From the human T2T-CHM13v2.0 reference genome, Homo sapiens, in assembly GCF_009914755.1 (NCBI RefSeq), contig NC_060932.1: 64,000 nucleotides of DNA. One strand, 5' to 3'. The translations under genes were made by a program, and so were the position numbers. The notes below the pieces were generated by a model that did not search any database, was not told the origin of the DNA, and saw nothing but the letters and a program-made list of their open reading frames with translations. Of the stretch, positions 1-14,568 are shown one piece after another (position 1 is the first letter of the stretch; each line of letters begins with the position of its first letter).

Positions 1-1974
1 GCTGGTGTGCATTTTGAATCTCAAAGGAGGGACACAATGTGAGGCTTTAAGTACTGACTTTTTATGTGGATTATTTTATGGGTCTGGAATTTGACAGCAC
101 ACAGATTAGGAATCCTGGCTAATCCAAACCCTTTATCTCTCGCTTCATCTGGAAACCCGTGCTCTTGTTTTAGTACTAGTCTTATTAGCTTAGTCACACT
201 TTCAAACTCACAAGGAATTTGCTTATATAAATAAAATTCATGTGGAAACTATTATAGGAAATTTAAATCCGCAGCATTTAAAATTTAAATCTGCAGTGTT
301 TATAAAGTTAACTGTAAAATATCAGAAAAACAAAATAGATTTATATTACTTATACACTTAAAAATAACTATCTTTTAGGTTACCCGATGGTAGTAGAGGC
401 CATAGGAAACTTAGGGGAAGATCTTGGGGGTGCTGTTCAGATACTACAAATTCTGAGCTTGAAATTGAAGTCATTTTTAAATTGCAATTTGCAAGGAACC
501 CAGTTTATGTCGGTTACCACTTAACATTTCCAAGTGCAACAAAGAAAAACTTGCTTGTTCTAGTGTTCTCTAAAACGTATTGCTTGATTGATTCCTTGAG
601 AAAGGGGAAACGTAAATAGACTAAAATCTACTGAGATTTTGATTTAAATGAAAAGCACACAGTGTTTCTGTTTTTCTCTTGTGTGGGCAGTTATAGCCAG
701 CCATATGTTTACTTCGTAAATTTCAGTTGAAGGTGCAACATAAGCTGTTTCAATTTGGGTGGAAGTTTAGTCAGACCTCACAAATTAGATTTATACTCAG
801 TTAGGAGTTTGCTAGGATTTTTTGCAGGGGCTGTGGGTAGGTTCATACTGATTAAAGACAACCTATTACGTTTTAAGAGTAAATCCTGAATATCTGTTCC
901 TTGAAACGGAAGGAATGATGGAATTATATTATCATCATTCGGTGATACTTGTAGTAATAATTGGGGCAAGAATCATTGGTAGATGCTAAAACTGGTGGGT
1001 GAGCAAATAAGAAACAATATTTGCATAGTCTCAAAGTCTCTCTCCATACAGGGAAGACACCGTCTTACCCAAGTACTTCCCACTTCCCAGGATAGGGGTA
1101 GAGGTGCGGGGACAGAGGCTGTCCAGGGACAGTATCTTCTCTCCAGTTACACTCCCATCTGCCAGTTTGCAGGTGTAGTGTCCCCTCCCTTCCCCAGCTC
1201 CTCAGGGTGATCACTCCCTCTGCTAACCAAAGCCAATACTACCCTCTGTACTCAGAGCCAGATTCCATTCTCATTATGTGTATTTATTTGATCATTTGCT
1301 GGGGGTCTGCTGTGTCCTAAGTGCTGGGGACTCAGTATTAAATAAGACAACTCCTTGTTCTCCAGAGTCTTCCAGCAGACTCTGCCAGAGAAAAATATCT
1401 TATCTAAATTCAACAATTACAGGACTATGTGATCCCTGTAGAGGTATGCATGGGATGCAATAGCTGATAGCCATCAGTAGGGCCAAATGAGTTCTTAAAT
1501 GATTGAAAATACTTTCATACTGATGGGTAAAAGCCACAACCCGAGTCCCTGGCCACTTCCCTGGGATACCACTCACTCACATGCCAAAATAGAATAGAAT
1601 AATTACAGGGTTAAGCCCAAAACGGGACCTGCTCTTGTGCTTTTCTTACTCCTTCCCTGTTGCCCTTATCCTGCCTGGAAGGTCAGGGAAGTCTTCCTGG
1701 AGGAGATGATGCCTTTTCCAAGAATGACTAGAATTTAGCCAGGTAAAGCATAGCATATGTTCAGGCCCCTGGATGAGAGGGAATGTGCCACCGCTGAGAA
1801 ACAGTGGGTCATTGGGTATTATGGCTAATGCTGAGGAAAGATGGTGAGAAATAACCCTTAAGAGGTCTGGTGAGGCCAGATCGGAAAGAGCCTTATGTGC
1901 CCGCCTAAGCCAGCTGAACCCAATGGGACAAGCTATAAAATGCCTCTGAAGAAGTTGAAGGTAAGAACTGAGGG

Positions 1975-3270
1975 GGATAGTGTGGAGCAAGATGGCTAAA
2001 TGGAAGGCTCCACTGATGGTGTGTCCCCACTCCGCCACCCTCCCCACAAGGACCAGAGTTAACACACAAAAAAAGCACCTACATAAGAACCAAAAATCAG
2101 GAGAGCGCTCACAGTGCCTGGTTTTGACTTCATATCACTAAAGGAAGCACAGAAGAGGGTGAGCAAGACAGTCTTGATATGCCCATGCCATCCCTCCTCC
2201 AACTCCCTGGCAGCAGCCATGTGCATGCAGAGAGAATCTGTGCTTAGGGGAGGGAGAATGCTGCGTTTGTGAAACACCGTATCGAACTCAGTGCTGCCCT
2301 GTCACAGTAGAAAGCAAAGCCATGTGGCTGAACTCAGCTGACAGCTGCCCACAGAGGGAGCATTTAAACCAGCCCTAGCCAGAGGGGAATTGCTGGTCCC
2401 AGCAGTCTGAACTTGAGTTCCGGCAGGCCTCACCACTGTAGGCTAAAGGGCTCTGGGGTACTAAATACACTTGAAAGGCAGTGTAGGCCCCAAGGACTGC
2501 AGCTCCTAGGTGAGTCCTCCTGCTGAACTGGCCTCAGAGCCCGTGGACTAGGTGGGGAGGAGGGAACGCCACTACTGAGACACCAGCTAGGGCTGCTAAG
2601 GGAGTGCTTGCACCACCCCGCTCCCAACCCAGGCTGCACAGCTCCTGGCTCCAAAAGAGCCCTTCCTTCTGCTTGAGGAGAGGAGAGGGAAGAATAAAGA
2701 GGATTTTGTCTTGTATTTTGGATACCAGTTCAGCTGCGGTAGGATAGGGCCCAGGCAGAGTCCTGAGGCCGTCTGTTCAGGCCCTACCCCCCAGATGATA
2801 TTTCTAGACACACCCTGGGCCAGAAGGCAACCTGCTGTCTTGAAGGGAAGGACCTAGTCCTGTCAGGACCCATCACCTTCTGACTAAAGAGCCCTTTGGC
2901 CCTGAATAACCAGCGGTGATACCCAAGTAATACGCTGTGGGCCTTGGGTGAGACTCTGAGTCTTGCTGGCTCCAGATGCGACTTAGCACATTCCCATCTG
3001 TGGTGGCTATGGGGCAACACTCCTGCTTAAGAAAAGTGGAGGGACAAGGAAAGGGGACTTTGCCTTGCACATTAGGTACCAGCTCGGCCACAGTGGGGAA
3101 GGGGTCTTTGGAAAGGGGAGGGAAGAGTGGGAAGGGCTGCATCTCATGGCTTGAGTGCCAGCTCAGCCACAGTACACTAGAACACCAAGTAGACTTCTAA
3201 GGTTTTTGACTGCAGTCCCTGGCTCCCAGACAGCACCTCTAGACCTGCCCACGGCCTGGGGGAACTTGCT
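1975..3270 (+). mobile_element. Old L1 5'UTR (L1PB/L1MA-type)
   Basis: Starts gagcaagatggctaaatggaagg, GC-rich L1 5'UTR-like sequence. Subfamily uncertain. Confidence 0.7.
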
Positions 3271-3372
3271 ACAGAGGTTACACTGAGCCGAGATCATGCC
3301 ACTGCACTCCAGCCTGGGCGATACAGCAAGACTGCATCTCAAAAAAAAAAAAAAAGAAAAAGAAAAGAAAAG
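3271..3372 (+). mobile_element. Alu 3' fragment with A tail
   Basis: cagaggtt...gagccgagatcatgccactgcactccagcctggg followed by poly(A). Confidence 0.92.
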
Positions 3373-3850
3373 AAATCCTGTCATTCGCAATAACGTGGAT
3401 GGATCTGGAGGTCATTATGTTAGCTGAAATCAGTCAGGCACAGAAAGACAGGCTTCATATGTTCTCACTTATTTGTGGCAGCTAAAAATTAAAATAATTG
3501 AACTCATGGTTATAGAGAGTAGAAGGATGGTTACGAGAGGCTGCAAAGCGTAGCGGGGAGGTGGGAGGGAAGTGGAGATTGTTAATGGGTACAAAAAACA
3601 GAATAAGACCTAGTATTTGCTAGGACAACAGGGTGACTATAGTAAAAAAAAATTTATTTGTACATTTTTAAATGACTAAAAGAGTATATTGGATTGTTTG
3701 TAACATAAAGGATAAGTGCTCGAGGTGATGAACACCCCATTCTCCCTCATGTGATTATTACGCCTTGCATGCCTGTATCAAAACATCTCATGTACTCCGT
3801 AAATATATACACCTACTATGTACCCACAAAAATTAAAAATAAATAAATAA
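3373..3850 (+). mobile_element. L1MA-type 3' end
   Basis: aaatcctgtcattcgcaa...tgtacccacaaaaattaaaaataaa. Confidence 0.88.
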
Positions 3851-4457
3851 GAAGCAACACAACCAGTCCTATATTTTACAAAAATAATTATGACGTAATT
3901 GAAATTGGGAAAAGCATTGAATGGCAAGAGAACTGTTTTGCCAGCTGTTGAAGTAATTCAGTAAAGAAATGGGCACCTATACTAAAATAAAAGCAGTACT
4001 GATACAGAGACATGGCTGGAACCCAAACACTAAAAAGGGAGAATTAATAGCGCTTTGCTATTGGGTTGAAATGGTGAGCTACCTGTTATGAAATTTTGAA
4101 ATCTATTTAGCATCAGATACAATGGTCTTATCCAAAGTAAACCATTTGGTAAGAATTTTGGCTATGCTTCCAAAATTAAGAATTCATCTTGTACAGGAAC
4201 TTATTACACAATAATTAGCTCTTTCTCAAAATTGTTTTCCTTAACATGGCAGGTAAAAACCATGCATTTGCTAGTCTTTTGGCTACTATGGCGAGGTTAT
4301 AGTGAAGGTATTGTTCTTTGCAGCTTATAAGAAAGTGTGCAAACAGCATGAGTTTGCAGTTGTAGGCTCCAGATTTTAGGAAATCTGCATCCTCCTTCAG
4401 CCATCTATGGTGCATAGGCTGACCTGCATGCCTTGGGTTGGTCCTGTTTTCTCCAGG

Positions 4458-4611
4458 ATGGATCATGAAGCCGCCCAGCTGGAGAAGCAGCATGTGCACA
4501 ATGTGTACGAGAGCACAGCCCCTTACTTCAGCGACCTGCAGAGCAAAGCCTGGCCTCGTGTCCGCCAGTTCCTGCAAGAGCAGAAGCCAGGCAGCCTCAT
4601 CGCTGACATAG
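4458..4611 (+). CDS. TRMT9B: TRMT9B coding exon 1 (MDHEAAQLEKQHVHNVYESTAPYFS...GSLIADI/G)
   Basis: Acceptor ttttctccAG ends at 4456, ATG at 4458, donor G|GTAACC at 4611/4612 (phase 1). The peptide matches the Trm9/ALKBH8 N-terminal pattern E..HVH.VY...A..FS and the start of SAM motif I. Confidence 0.96.
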
Positions 4612-4731
4612 GTAACCAGGCAGCCTCATCGCTGACATAGGTAACCAGGCAGCCTCATCGCTGACATAGGTAACCAGGCAGCCTCATCGCTGACATAGGT
4701 AACCAGGCAGCCTCATTGCTGTCATAGGTAA
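4587..4731 (+). repeat. 29-bp minisatellite x5 (CCAGGCAGCCTCATCGCTGACATAGGTAA) spanning the exon/intron junction
   Basis: Units start at 4587, 4616, 4645, 4674 and 4703. Four are identical and the fifth has 2 substitutions. Confidence 0.98.
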
Positions 4732-4919
4732 CCCAGCACTGGGCCGTGTAGCATGAAATACCTTCCATTGAGCCTTTGCTTTTCACATTGATTTTTCATT
4801 TTTGTTCTAATAGGAATCCTGAAATTGCACCCTTGGCATGCCAGTACCTAGAATATTCATTTTACAGCAGAAACTCGAGACAGTCAAGTCAGCAGCAAGT
4901 AAAAAACTTTCTCAAACTT

Positions 4920-5302
<383 letters not shown>

Positions 5303-6217
5303 TAAATCAGGATGGAAATGATGGCTTGTGAAACTAACCGTTGTAAATTTAAAGATATTCACATTTGCCAAATGTGTTCTCCTCTGGTGGCTCACTTTGA
5401 GTGGCTCACATGCCTTCTATAGAATTGTGGGATTATGGAAGAGGTCCAGTAATATCTTATGAATCTCATGGGTCCTTTCCTTTAATTATTCTATAGGTGT
5501 TTCATTATAGGAGCGCATCTTTAATTAGACAGTATTTTAATAATAACTTATTTGTCTGGAGGACGTTGGTTCAGTATCTTCGTAAATCAAGAACTGGTAA
5601 ACCACAGCTTAGTAGATCTAGGACTAAGACTTAAAATGTGGTTGGAATCTCACTCAAGGCCTACCCACCTAAAACTGCGTTCTAGCAATTGCATGCTGAC
5701 TGCACCTATGAGTCGTAAGTCTGTAGTTGCAAAGTGTGTCTAGTTTGATATTCTTTCTAAATACTGGTAAGAGAAACAGACATACCAGAACTTGTGGCTT
5801 GCTGAAGATGGTATGAGTAATGTGGAATCTGGGGAAGGGGTGCATGTCACATGGAAATTGGGAGTCTTTGAAAAATATCTCTATCCTGTAAATTAAAAAA
5901 TAATAAATCTAGTTTCGGAGTGTGCAGTGAGTTTGGAGCTCTTACCACGTATAATCTAAGTAAGCCACGTACCAGGATCTTAAAATCAGTGGGGGAAAGG
6001 AACTATTCAGTAAATGGCTTTGGGATAACGACATATATAATCAGAGAGTTACTTTCTCACACCTTACATCAAAATAAATTCCAAATGAAGCAAAGATTTA
6101 AGTATAAGAAAATGAGCTCATTAAAGGACTAAATGACTAGATTGTTATTTAAAATATTCTCAGAGGCAAAATGCCTATATATGATACACATACAAAAAGA
6201 AATCGTAAAAGAATATA

Positions 6218-6845
6218 CAGTTGATTGCCATTATTCACAGTACTTACATTTCATGTATGTATCATAAACATTGAATTGGCAAATACTGAATCATTGTTTT
6301 TAGGGGAAATATTGGATTAGGCTCCTGTAAGCTTCAGGTCACAACATTTTTGTCAATTTACCAATGTATAAGCTTGTTGCATATGTGTTTCTGTTTAAAG
6401 ACACCTTCTTTACTATATATCATTATTTCATAAACATTGGGCTCACGGCCAGCACACTATAACTCTTTCGTGAACAAAGCTTATCTAACACATATATTTT
6501 GTCCATCAGAGACATCCCAGCCTTCTTATGTTCAGGAACACTAGACGGCATTTCAGCCCCAGGCTTAGGCCATTTGAAAGAGCAAAATCACCAGTAAAAA
6601 CTGTACAAATGGAGAAATTGTGGCCCTAAATAGATTATGGAAAGGACACTTGATTACGGTATGGGAGCTGAAAAAAGGAGGCTGGGTATGTGGGTCTCAG
6701 ATGACTCAAATATTTTGCTGCACTGTGAGTATTTAAGTCTAATAATGACAATGCAAGGCTGTAGTATTGACGTTGGGGTTACAAATAAATTTCAGCAGGT
6801 AGATTAACTGCAAATATGGAAGCTGTAATTTATGAGGATTAACTA
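6218..6845 (+). mobile_element. MER82-like Tigger-family non-autonomous DNA transposon (copy 1)
   Basis: TA-flanked, degenerate TIRs, homologous to 16839-17484 and 59937-60566 (shared tgtttctgtttaaagac). Confidence 0.7.
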
Positions 6846-6981
6846 TATTGACAGATAACTTTGACCCTATAAAAATGGAAAAGTTCCACAAGACAAAAAT
6901 CTAGACAGACATACAATTCAAGTCAAAAGACCAAAATCAAACTAAGTAAAAATATCTGCAACACATGTCATAGAAATCTAG

Positions 6982-7282
<301 letters not shown>

Positions 7283-7337
7283 GGTAATTTTTTTAATCTA
7301 CTAAGCATTCTTCAACATCACTGTAAAAAAAGACCAG

Positions 7338-7600
7338 CATCCTGTCATTTGCGACAACACGGAGGAACCTGGAAGATATTATGCTAGGTGAAATCAGCCA
7401 GGCACAGAAAGACAAATACCCAGTGATCTCACTTATACATGGGATCTAAAACAGTTGGACTCATAGAAGGAGAGATTAAAATGGTGGTTACCTGGGGCTG
7501 GGGTGTCGAAGCGGGTGGGGTAGGTGTAGGAAATGGTAAGATGTTGGTTAAAAGGCTCAGAGTATCAAACAGAAGGAATTAAATTCAAAGGAAAAAAAAA
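7338..7600 (+). mobile_element. L1M 3' fragment
   Basis: atcctgtcatttgcgacaacacgg...gcacagaaagacaaata. Confidence 0.8.
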
Positions 7601-8100
7601 GGGAAAACTATCAACAAGTCACAAGAAAAATAGGGAAAGGATGTGAACAAATGGTTCAAAATGTGTAAAAGTATTTTAATAGGTAACCCACTGATACGGT
7701 TCGGCAACAAAGTACAAAAGAATGCTTAGTGTAAAATCTTCTCCCATCCCAGTCCCTGGCACCAAGCAACCCACACCAGAGGCCTCTGACGCTGTTAGCT
7801 TCTTGTATGATCTTTTTGAGATGTTTTATGTAAAAATAAGCGTATTTGTGCCTGTGAGAGTGTGATGGGTAATTTCCCTTTTTTGGTTACACTAATGGTA
7901 GTATACTATAAAAACAATTATAATTATACACCTAGGTTTTGTTATACTTTTAATATATTGAGGAAATCATTCCATATTTATATTTATTATAGAGCTACCC
8001 AGTATTAAAACCTGCCTAGCATTCTATGCTAATAGTGCCATATTAACATTTAATACATGTTGTTTGCTGTATTTTGCCGCTACAAATTACACTACAAATA

Positions 8101-8406
<306 letters not shown>

Positions 8407-9236
8407 GTCTCACAAATAATATTCTTTAAATACCTCTGTGCAAATCAACAACTACATCTATAGTAAATATCTTTTTGCCAATTTGTATCTTTTGAATTTT
8501 GTACTATATACATTTTTTAAACTATTCAATAAATAGGGTCATATTTTCATTGCAAAATGAAAGATGCATTTTAATGAAATTGAAGTTAAAGAAGAAAGAA
8601 ATGAAAAAGAAAGAAGTTCAAAGGGATGAGGAGAAGAAAAGACAGATGGTAATATGACTGTCCTCTAAAGGAAATGGTTTCTGTTGCTAGGTTTTTCCAC
8701 TTAGCTAAAGTCATCAGCTGTTTGATGAATAGACAATAGTTTGGATTAAAAAATATTTAAAATTCTTTTATTGTTCACATTCAAGATTTAAACATGAAGG
8801 CCATTAGAAATGAATAGGGGCAAATCAAGAGTTCTAGGGCACTGGAAGCATGTCAGGAGAAAAGACCTCTGTTTCCTTCTTATTACAAAATGCTCTCTGA
8901 ACAGGCCCTCCTCATTCTAAAGATGTATGAGTCTGATTTTATTAATATCATTGAAGTAACTTTCCCTTTCATTTCTCCTAAAGTATCCCTCGAGCCAATG
9001 AAAAAGCAAATGAATTGCAAGGTTATTTTTCTTAAAATAGGACCATCGTCTTTTGAAATACACAGGATTTTAATTTTAAAATACTTTGTGAATTATATTT
9101 TCCCCATGATTGCCTTCAAACAGAGGGTACTTTTTCTCATAATCATTATTGGGAACAGTGTGGCTACGAGATCAAAGAAATAATATCATAGAAATAATAT
9201 GGTCACATTTACGTAGAAATAATAATCCTGGAATTG

Positions 9237-9597
<361 letters not shown>

Positions 9598-10548
9598 TAA
9601 GTTTGCTTTTACTGTATCATAATTTTGAAAGTGCCTAGTAAGGAGGGGTTATTAGTGTCCTGATGTATTTCAGAAGCAGCAAACTAATCATCTTTGAATA
9701 GTGGTAGATATCTTTTCAGGTAGAAAAATTTCATCAGTAATGCCAATAAGTACAAATATAGGCTCTAATGATTTCTTTTAATATTTCTGGAAAGTAATTA
9801 GATTATATATCTGTGATAGAATATAATACTAAGTATTAGACTGTAGAAGGCTTTGTTTCAAGGTGGTTTATTCATTCATGTTACTACCTACCTCAATCAT
9901 AACATCAGTAAGACCTCAATGATCTAAATCTTTGGGCTTTGTAAATCCTGAATTACTTAGGTCTCTGCTACTGGAAAGTGAATATCAAAAATTGTCTATT
10001 TAAGAAAAAAAGTAGTTTTTATAATCTGAGTTGTATACTGCACCCATAGAGATCATTTTAAATGTAGCAATGAATAGAGATTGGATAAAAACAATGTTAA
10101 AAATTCTTTTCTAATTCAAGTTCAAATTTTAAAAATTTGAAAGGCATGTTTTAGTGTATAAATAATAGAAAAGTTGTTGACAGTTGTTTGTTTTGCAGTC
10201 AGCAAGTGGTAAGAATCTTTGGAGAGACAACAGGAGAATAAAAGCCGAAACATGCGTATATACAAAATGAAATATGAATGTGAGCTTAGAGGCTACACGT
10301 GGTCTCTCGGATACTAGAACTATCTTTCTTGCCTTGGACCAGCTAACGTGCCTTGGTTGCGCCAGTGTACTGAGCCCTGTGGACATCACCTCATTAAATA
10401 TTCAATAAATGTTATTTTTTTCCTATTGCCTTTCTCTCTTCTATATGAGAATCTGTAAGTATTCGCCGAAGGCTTTTCTTTTGCTTTTGTGAATACCTTC
10501 ACACCATGTTGTATTCTGTCTTGGTTAGTTAAAAAAAAAAAAAAAGTT

Positions 10549-10855
<307 letters not shown>

Positions 10856-10937
10856 TTATATTTCTTGTTATGAGACAAATGAAGTATTTCACATTTTCCA
10901 TTGACGATAGCATGTAACGCAGGTTTTTCTCTTATAG

Positions 10938-11111
10938 GTTGTGGGACTGGAAAATATCTTAAAGTGAACAGCCAGGTACATACCGTGGGCTGTGACTACT
11001 GTGGGCCACTGGTAGAGATTGCCCGGAATAGAGGATGTGAAGCCATGGTATGTGACAACCTTAATCTCCCCTTTAGGGATGAGGGCTTCGATGCCATCAT
11101 CTCCATAGGAG
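10938..11111 (+). CDS. TRMT9B: TRMT9B coding exon 2 (CGTGKYL...GCDYC...DNLNLPFRDEGFDAIISIG)
   Basis: Acceptor tttttctcttatAG at 10936-37, donor G|GTAAGG at 11111/11112. 174 nt, phase 1-1. Joins exon 1 to give DIGCGTG (class I methyltransferase motif I). Confidence 0.96.
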
Positions 11112-11924
11112 GTAAGGCAGCCAGATCACACATTCACCCTTTGCCATGAGAATAATTGACCCGGTTTAGTCCGTTCTCATGAGTCAACATCCGTTCTGTG
11201 TAGAAATGTCAATGTAATTTATTTTATCTAATTTAAAAAAATTGTTTCAACTACTTGACTGATTTGACTTAACTCCAAAATGTATTTATGGCACATATGA
11301 TTGTTTTAACTATTTAAACCTTCAACTTGGTATTGCAGTTTTTTTATGATTCATTCCAATTTCTTTTGAGTAAGAAAGGATTAGAGGAATCTTACTCATT
11401 GAAAATAGCACTTCATTATATTTAAATGAAGCCAGATTAATCCAAAGCAAAGTAGATTTTTAGAAGTTATATTACCATTTTTTAGGCCAAAATAGTGGCC
11501 TTTGTTAACAGAGAATTCTAGGGCTAACAAACCAAATGTCACCTGGACCAATCTGCCACTCACTGGTACTCAAGTTCATGGAGAAGGTAGGTCCCATCTG
11601 GTCTTGGATTGCATTGTTTTTATAATGCCACTCTGCTCATTTGCTGCCAGAGATCGTTCATGAGTCTAGGGAATGTGTTTCTCATATCCTCCCAACAAGT
11701 GTGACCAGAAAACACACATGCCAAAAAATGGGGGGAAAAAATCCATGCCTGAAATACATGCAGGTAAGGAATACATGACATCTGCCATATTTAAATATGC
11801 AGGGAAACTTGATATTTAATGGAATCCTATGACAAGGTTTTTTTTGTTTGTTTGTTTTGCAATGGAAAAATATTTTGCAAGGCAAATTACTTGTCCCAAT
11901 ACACTCTTAAAAATCAACCTATTT

Positions 11925-12232
<308 letters not shown>

Positions 12233-12521
12233 TTAATAAGTTTTATCCAAGAAAGATGATCTTTTATAAAATGGAGTTATTCATAACAAAATTGCAGAAT
12301 AAGATGATTTGCTCTTTTCCTAAAATAGATGAAAGATTGATTTATCCAACATTAGGTGGGGACTATTTCTTCGTATGCTGAGGGGAGGCAGACCTGGAAG
12401 CCATAACCTTGGAACTAGTAAGGACTGGCAAGAGATGGTTGCTATGGAAACTTGCTCTCTGATAGTCTCATTTGCAGTTGAAACTGTTAGATCCATTTTG
12501 GTTGTAAGCATTAAGAGGATT

Positions 12522-12916
12522 GTCTTAGCCTTTGCAGCCTGCTATAGCAAAATACCATAGACTTCGCTTAAACAACAGACATTTATTTCTCACCGTTCTG
12601 GGGGCTGGACATCTGAGATCAGGGTGCCAGCAGGGTAAGGTTCTGGTAGGGACCCTCCTACCAGGTTGCAGATGGCTTAATTCTTGCTGCATCATCACGT
12701 GAAATGCGGCAGGAGACTGGAAGAAGAAGGGGAGAATGAGAGAGATAGAGCAAGCTCTCTGGTCTCTTCTTATAAATAGGCCATTAAGCCCATAATGGGG
12801 GCCCCACTCTCACAACTTCATCTAAACCTCCTAAAGTTCTGCCTCCTAATACCTTCATACTGGGGGTTAGGGCTTCGACATATTGGTCTCAGAGGCCACA
12901 AACATTCAGTCTATAA
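12522..12916. mobile_element. MLT1/MST-type MaLR solo LTR
   Basis: tgtcttag...aaacaacagacatttatttctcac...gagatcagggtgccagca...acattcagtctata. Confidence 0.8.
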
Positions 12917-13034
12917 CCCGGAGAAAACCTTTTTGAATTAAGCAACACTATACAATGCTTTGAATCTTTAGTGGAAAAAGGTTTTGGCTTGGTCATTCCA
13001 CTTAACTAGAAATTGGAGAAAGGTCAAAGAAATG

Positions 13035-13315
13035 GGCCGGGCGCGGTGACTCAGGCCTGTAATCCTAGCACTTTGGGAGGCCAAGGTGGGTGGATCACAA
13101 GGTCAGGAGTTCAAGACCAGCCTGGCCAAGAAGGTGAAACCCCGTCTCTACTAAAAATGCAAAAATTAGCCGGGCATGGTGGTGAGCACTTCTAATCCCA
13201 CTACTTGGGAAGCTGAGGCAGGGAATTGCTTGAACCCAGAAGGAAGAGGTTGCAGTGAGCCAAGATCATGCCACTGCACTCCAGCCTAAGCAACAGAGTG
13301 AGACTCCATCTGAAA

Positions 13316-13354
<39 letters not shown>

Positions 13355-13360
13355 AATAAA
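13035..13360 (+). mobile_element. AluS with (TAAA)n tail
   Basis: Alu consensus. Confidence 0.93.
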
Positions 13361-13644
13361 AAGTCAAAGAAATCTGTGGACTGCTTGGTCTTCTTTTGTC
13401 TGCACTCATTTTATTTTTTATTTTTTTAACTAAACCTTCAAATTGTTATTGGATTTTTTTAATGATTCAAGAATTTTTTATTTTTATTTTTTATTTTTCG
13501 AGGCAATGTTTTTTTAGATGTCTTGTTACATCTTGATATTTTATCATTTGTTGTCATTTAACTTTTCAAGTGTACATGTCTCGCCTCCCTAACCTTCAGC
13601 ATTTAGAATCCGCAGGTTTAGCGTAAAGTGAGACCAATTTTTTT

Positions 13645-13900
13645 ATTGGTCTCACTCTTATCACCCTGGTTGGAGTGCAATGGCAGCCTCTACCTCCTGG
13701 TCTCAGGTTATCCTCCTGCCTCAGCCTCCCAAGTAGCTGGGACTACAAGCACACATCACCATGCCTGGCTAATTTTTTCTAATTTTTTTTGTAGAGATGG
13801 GGTTGCCATATTGTCCAGGCGAAGTCCAGGGCTCAACCAGTCCACCTGCCTTGGCCTCCCAAAGTGTTGTGATTACAGGCATGAACTACCACGCCCAGGC
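13645..13900 (-). mobile_element. Degenerate AluJ
   Basis: Alu consensus with deletions. Confidence 0.85.
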
Positions 13901-14424
13901 TAAATTCCTTGTAGTCTGCAAGCCCACCTATATCCAGACCATTCCACTGAGACACTGGTGAAGGAAGGGGATATAGACCACCTTTCCTATGCTTGGGAAA
14001 CACTCCATGCTTATCTGGCTAAGTCCTCTATTTTCAGTTTACATCTCATGCCTTGCCCTCAGAGAAAATGGAGCACACCTAGTTACCATCTTCGAATTAA
14101 AAATGCTTCCTTGAGTGGAAAACAGCACGCGTTTTTATGATCTGTAACTACGAATTAATGTGATGTGGTTATTTTCAGTTCGAGTTCACATTTAGGACTA
14201 TATTATGGTAGCCAGGCATGGTGACAGGCACCTGAATTCCCAGCTACTTTGGGAGGCTGGGGTGAGAGGATCCTTTGAGTTCAGGAGTTTGAGTCCAGCC
14301 TGGGCAACCTAATGAGACCTTGTCCCTAAAAATCATATGGGTATATATATATGATATATATATATATACATATAACATAAATATAAGGGACCCTGTACCT
14401 GAAAATCATATATATATATAAACA

Positions 14425-14568
14425 TATATAAATATAAATGTGAAATATATATTTATATATATAAAATATAAATGTGAAATATATATTTATATATATAAAA
14501 TATAAATGTGAAATATATATTTATATATATAAAATATAAATGTGAAATATATATTTATATATATAAAT
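14425..14568. repeat. 34-bp AT-rich minisatellite x~4
   Basis: TGTG anchors at 14439, 14473, 14507 and 14541. Confidence 0.93.

Noticed and set aside
4407-4457. N-terminal extension of the ORF upstream of MDHE
   Set aside because: It lies in the intron before a clear polypyrimidine-AG acceptor at 4456.
4215-4577. 120-aa antisense ORF over coding exon 1
   Set aside because: No recognisable motif. It is explained as a shadow of the sense exon.
4587-4731. 29-bp repeats as a CRISPR-like array
   Set aside because: Units are directly adjacent with no spacers, and the context is a eukaryotic exon/intron junction.
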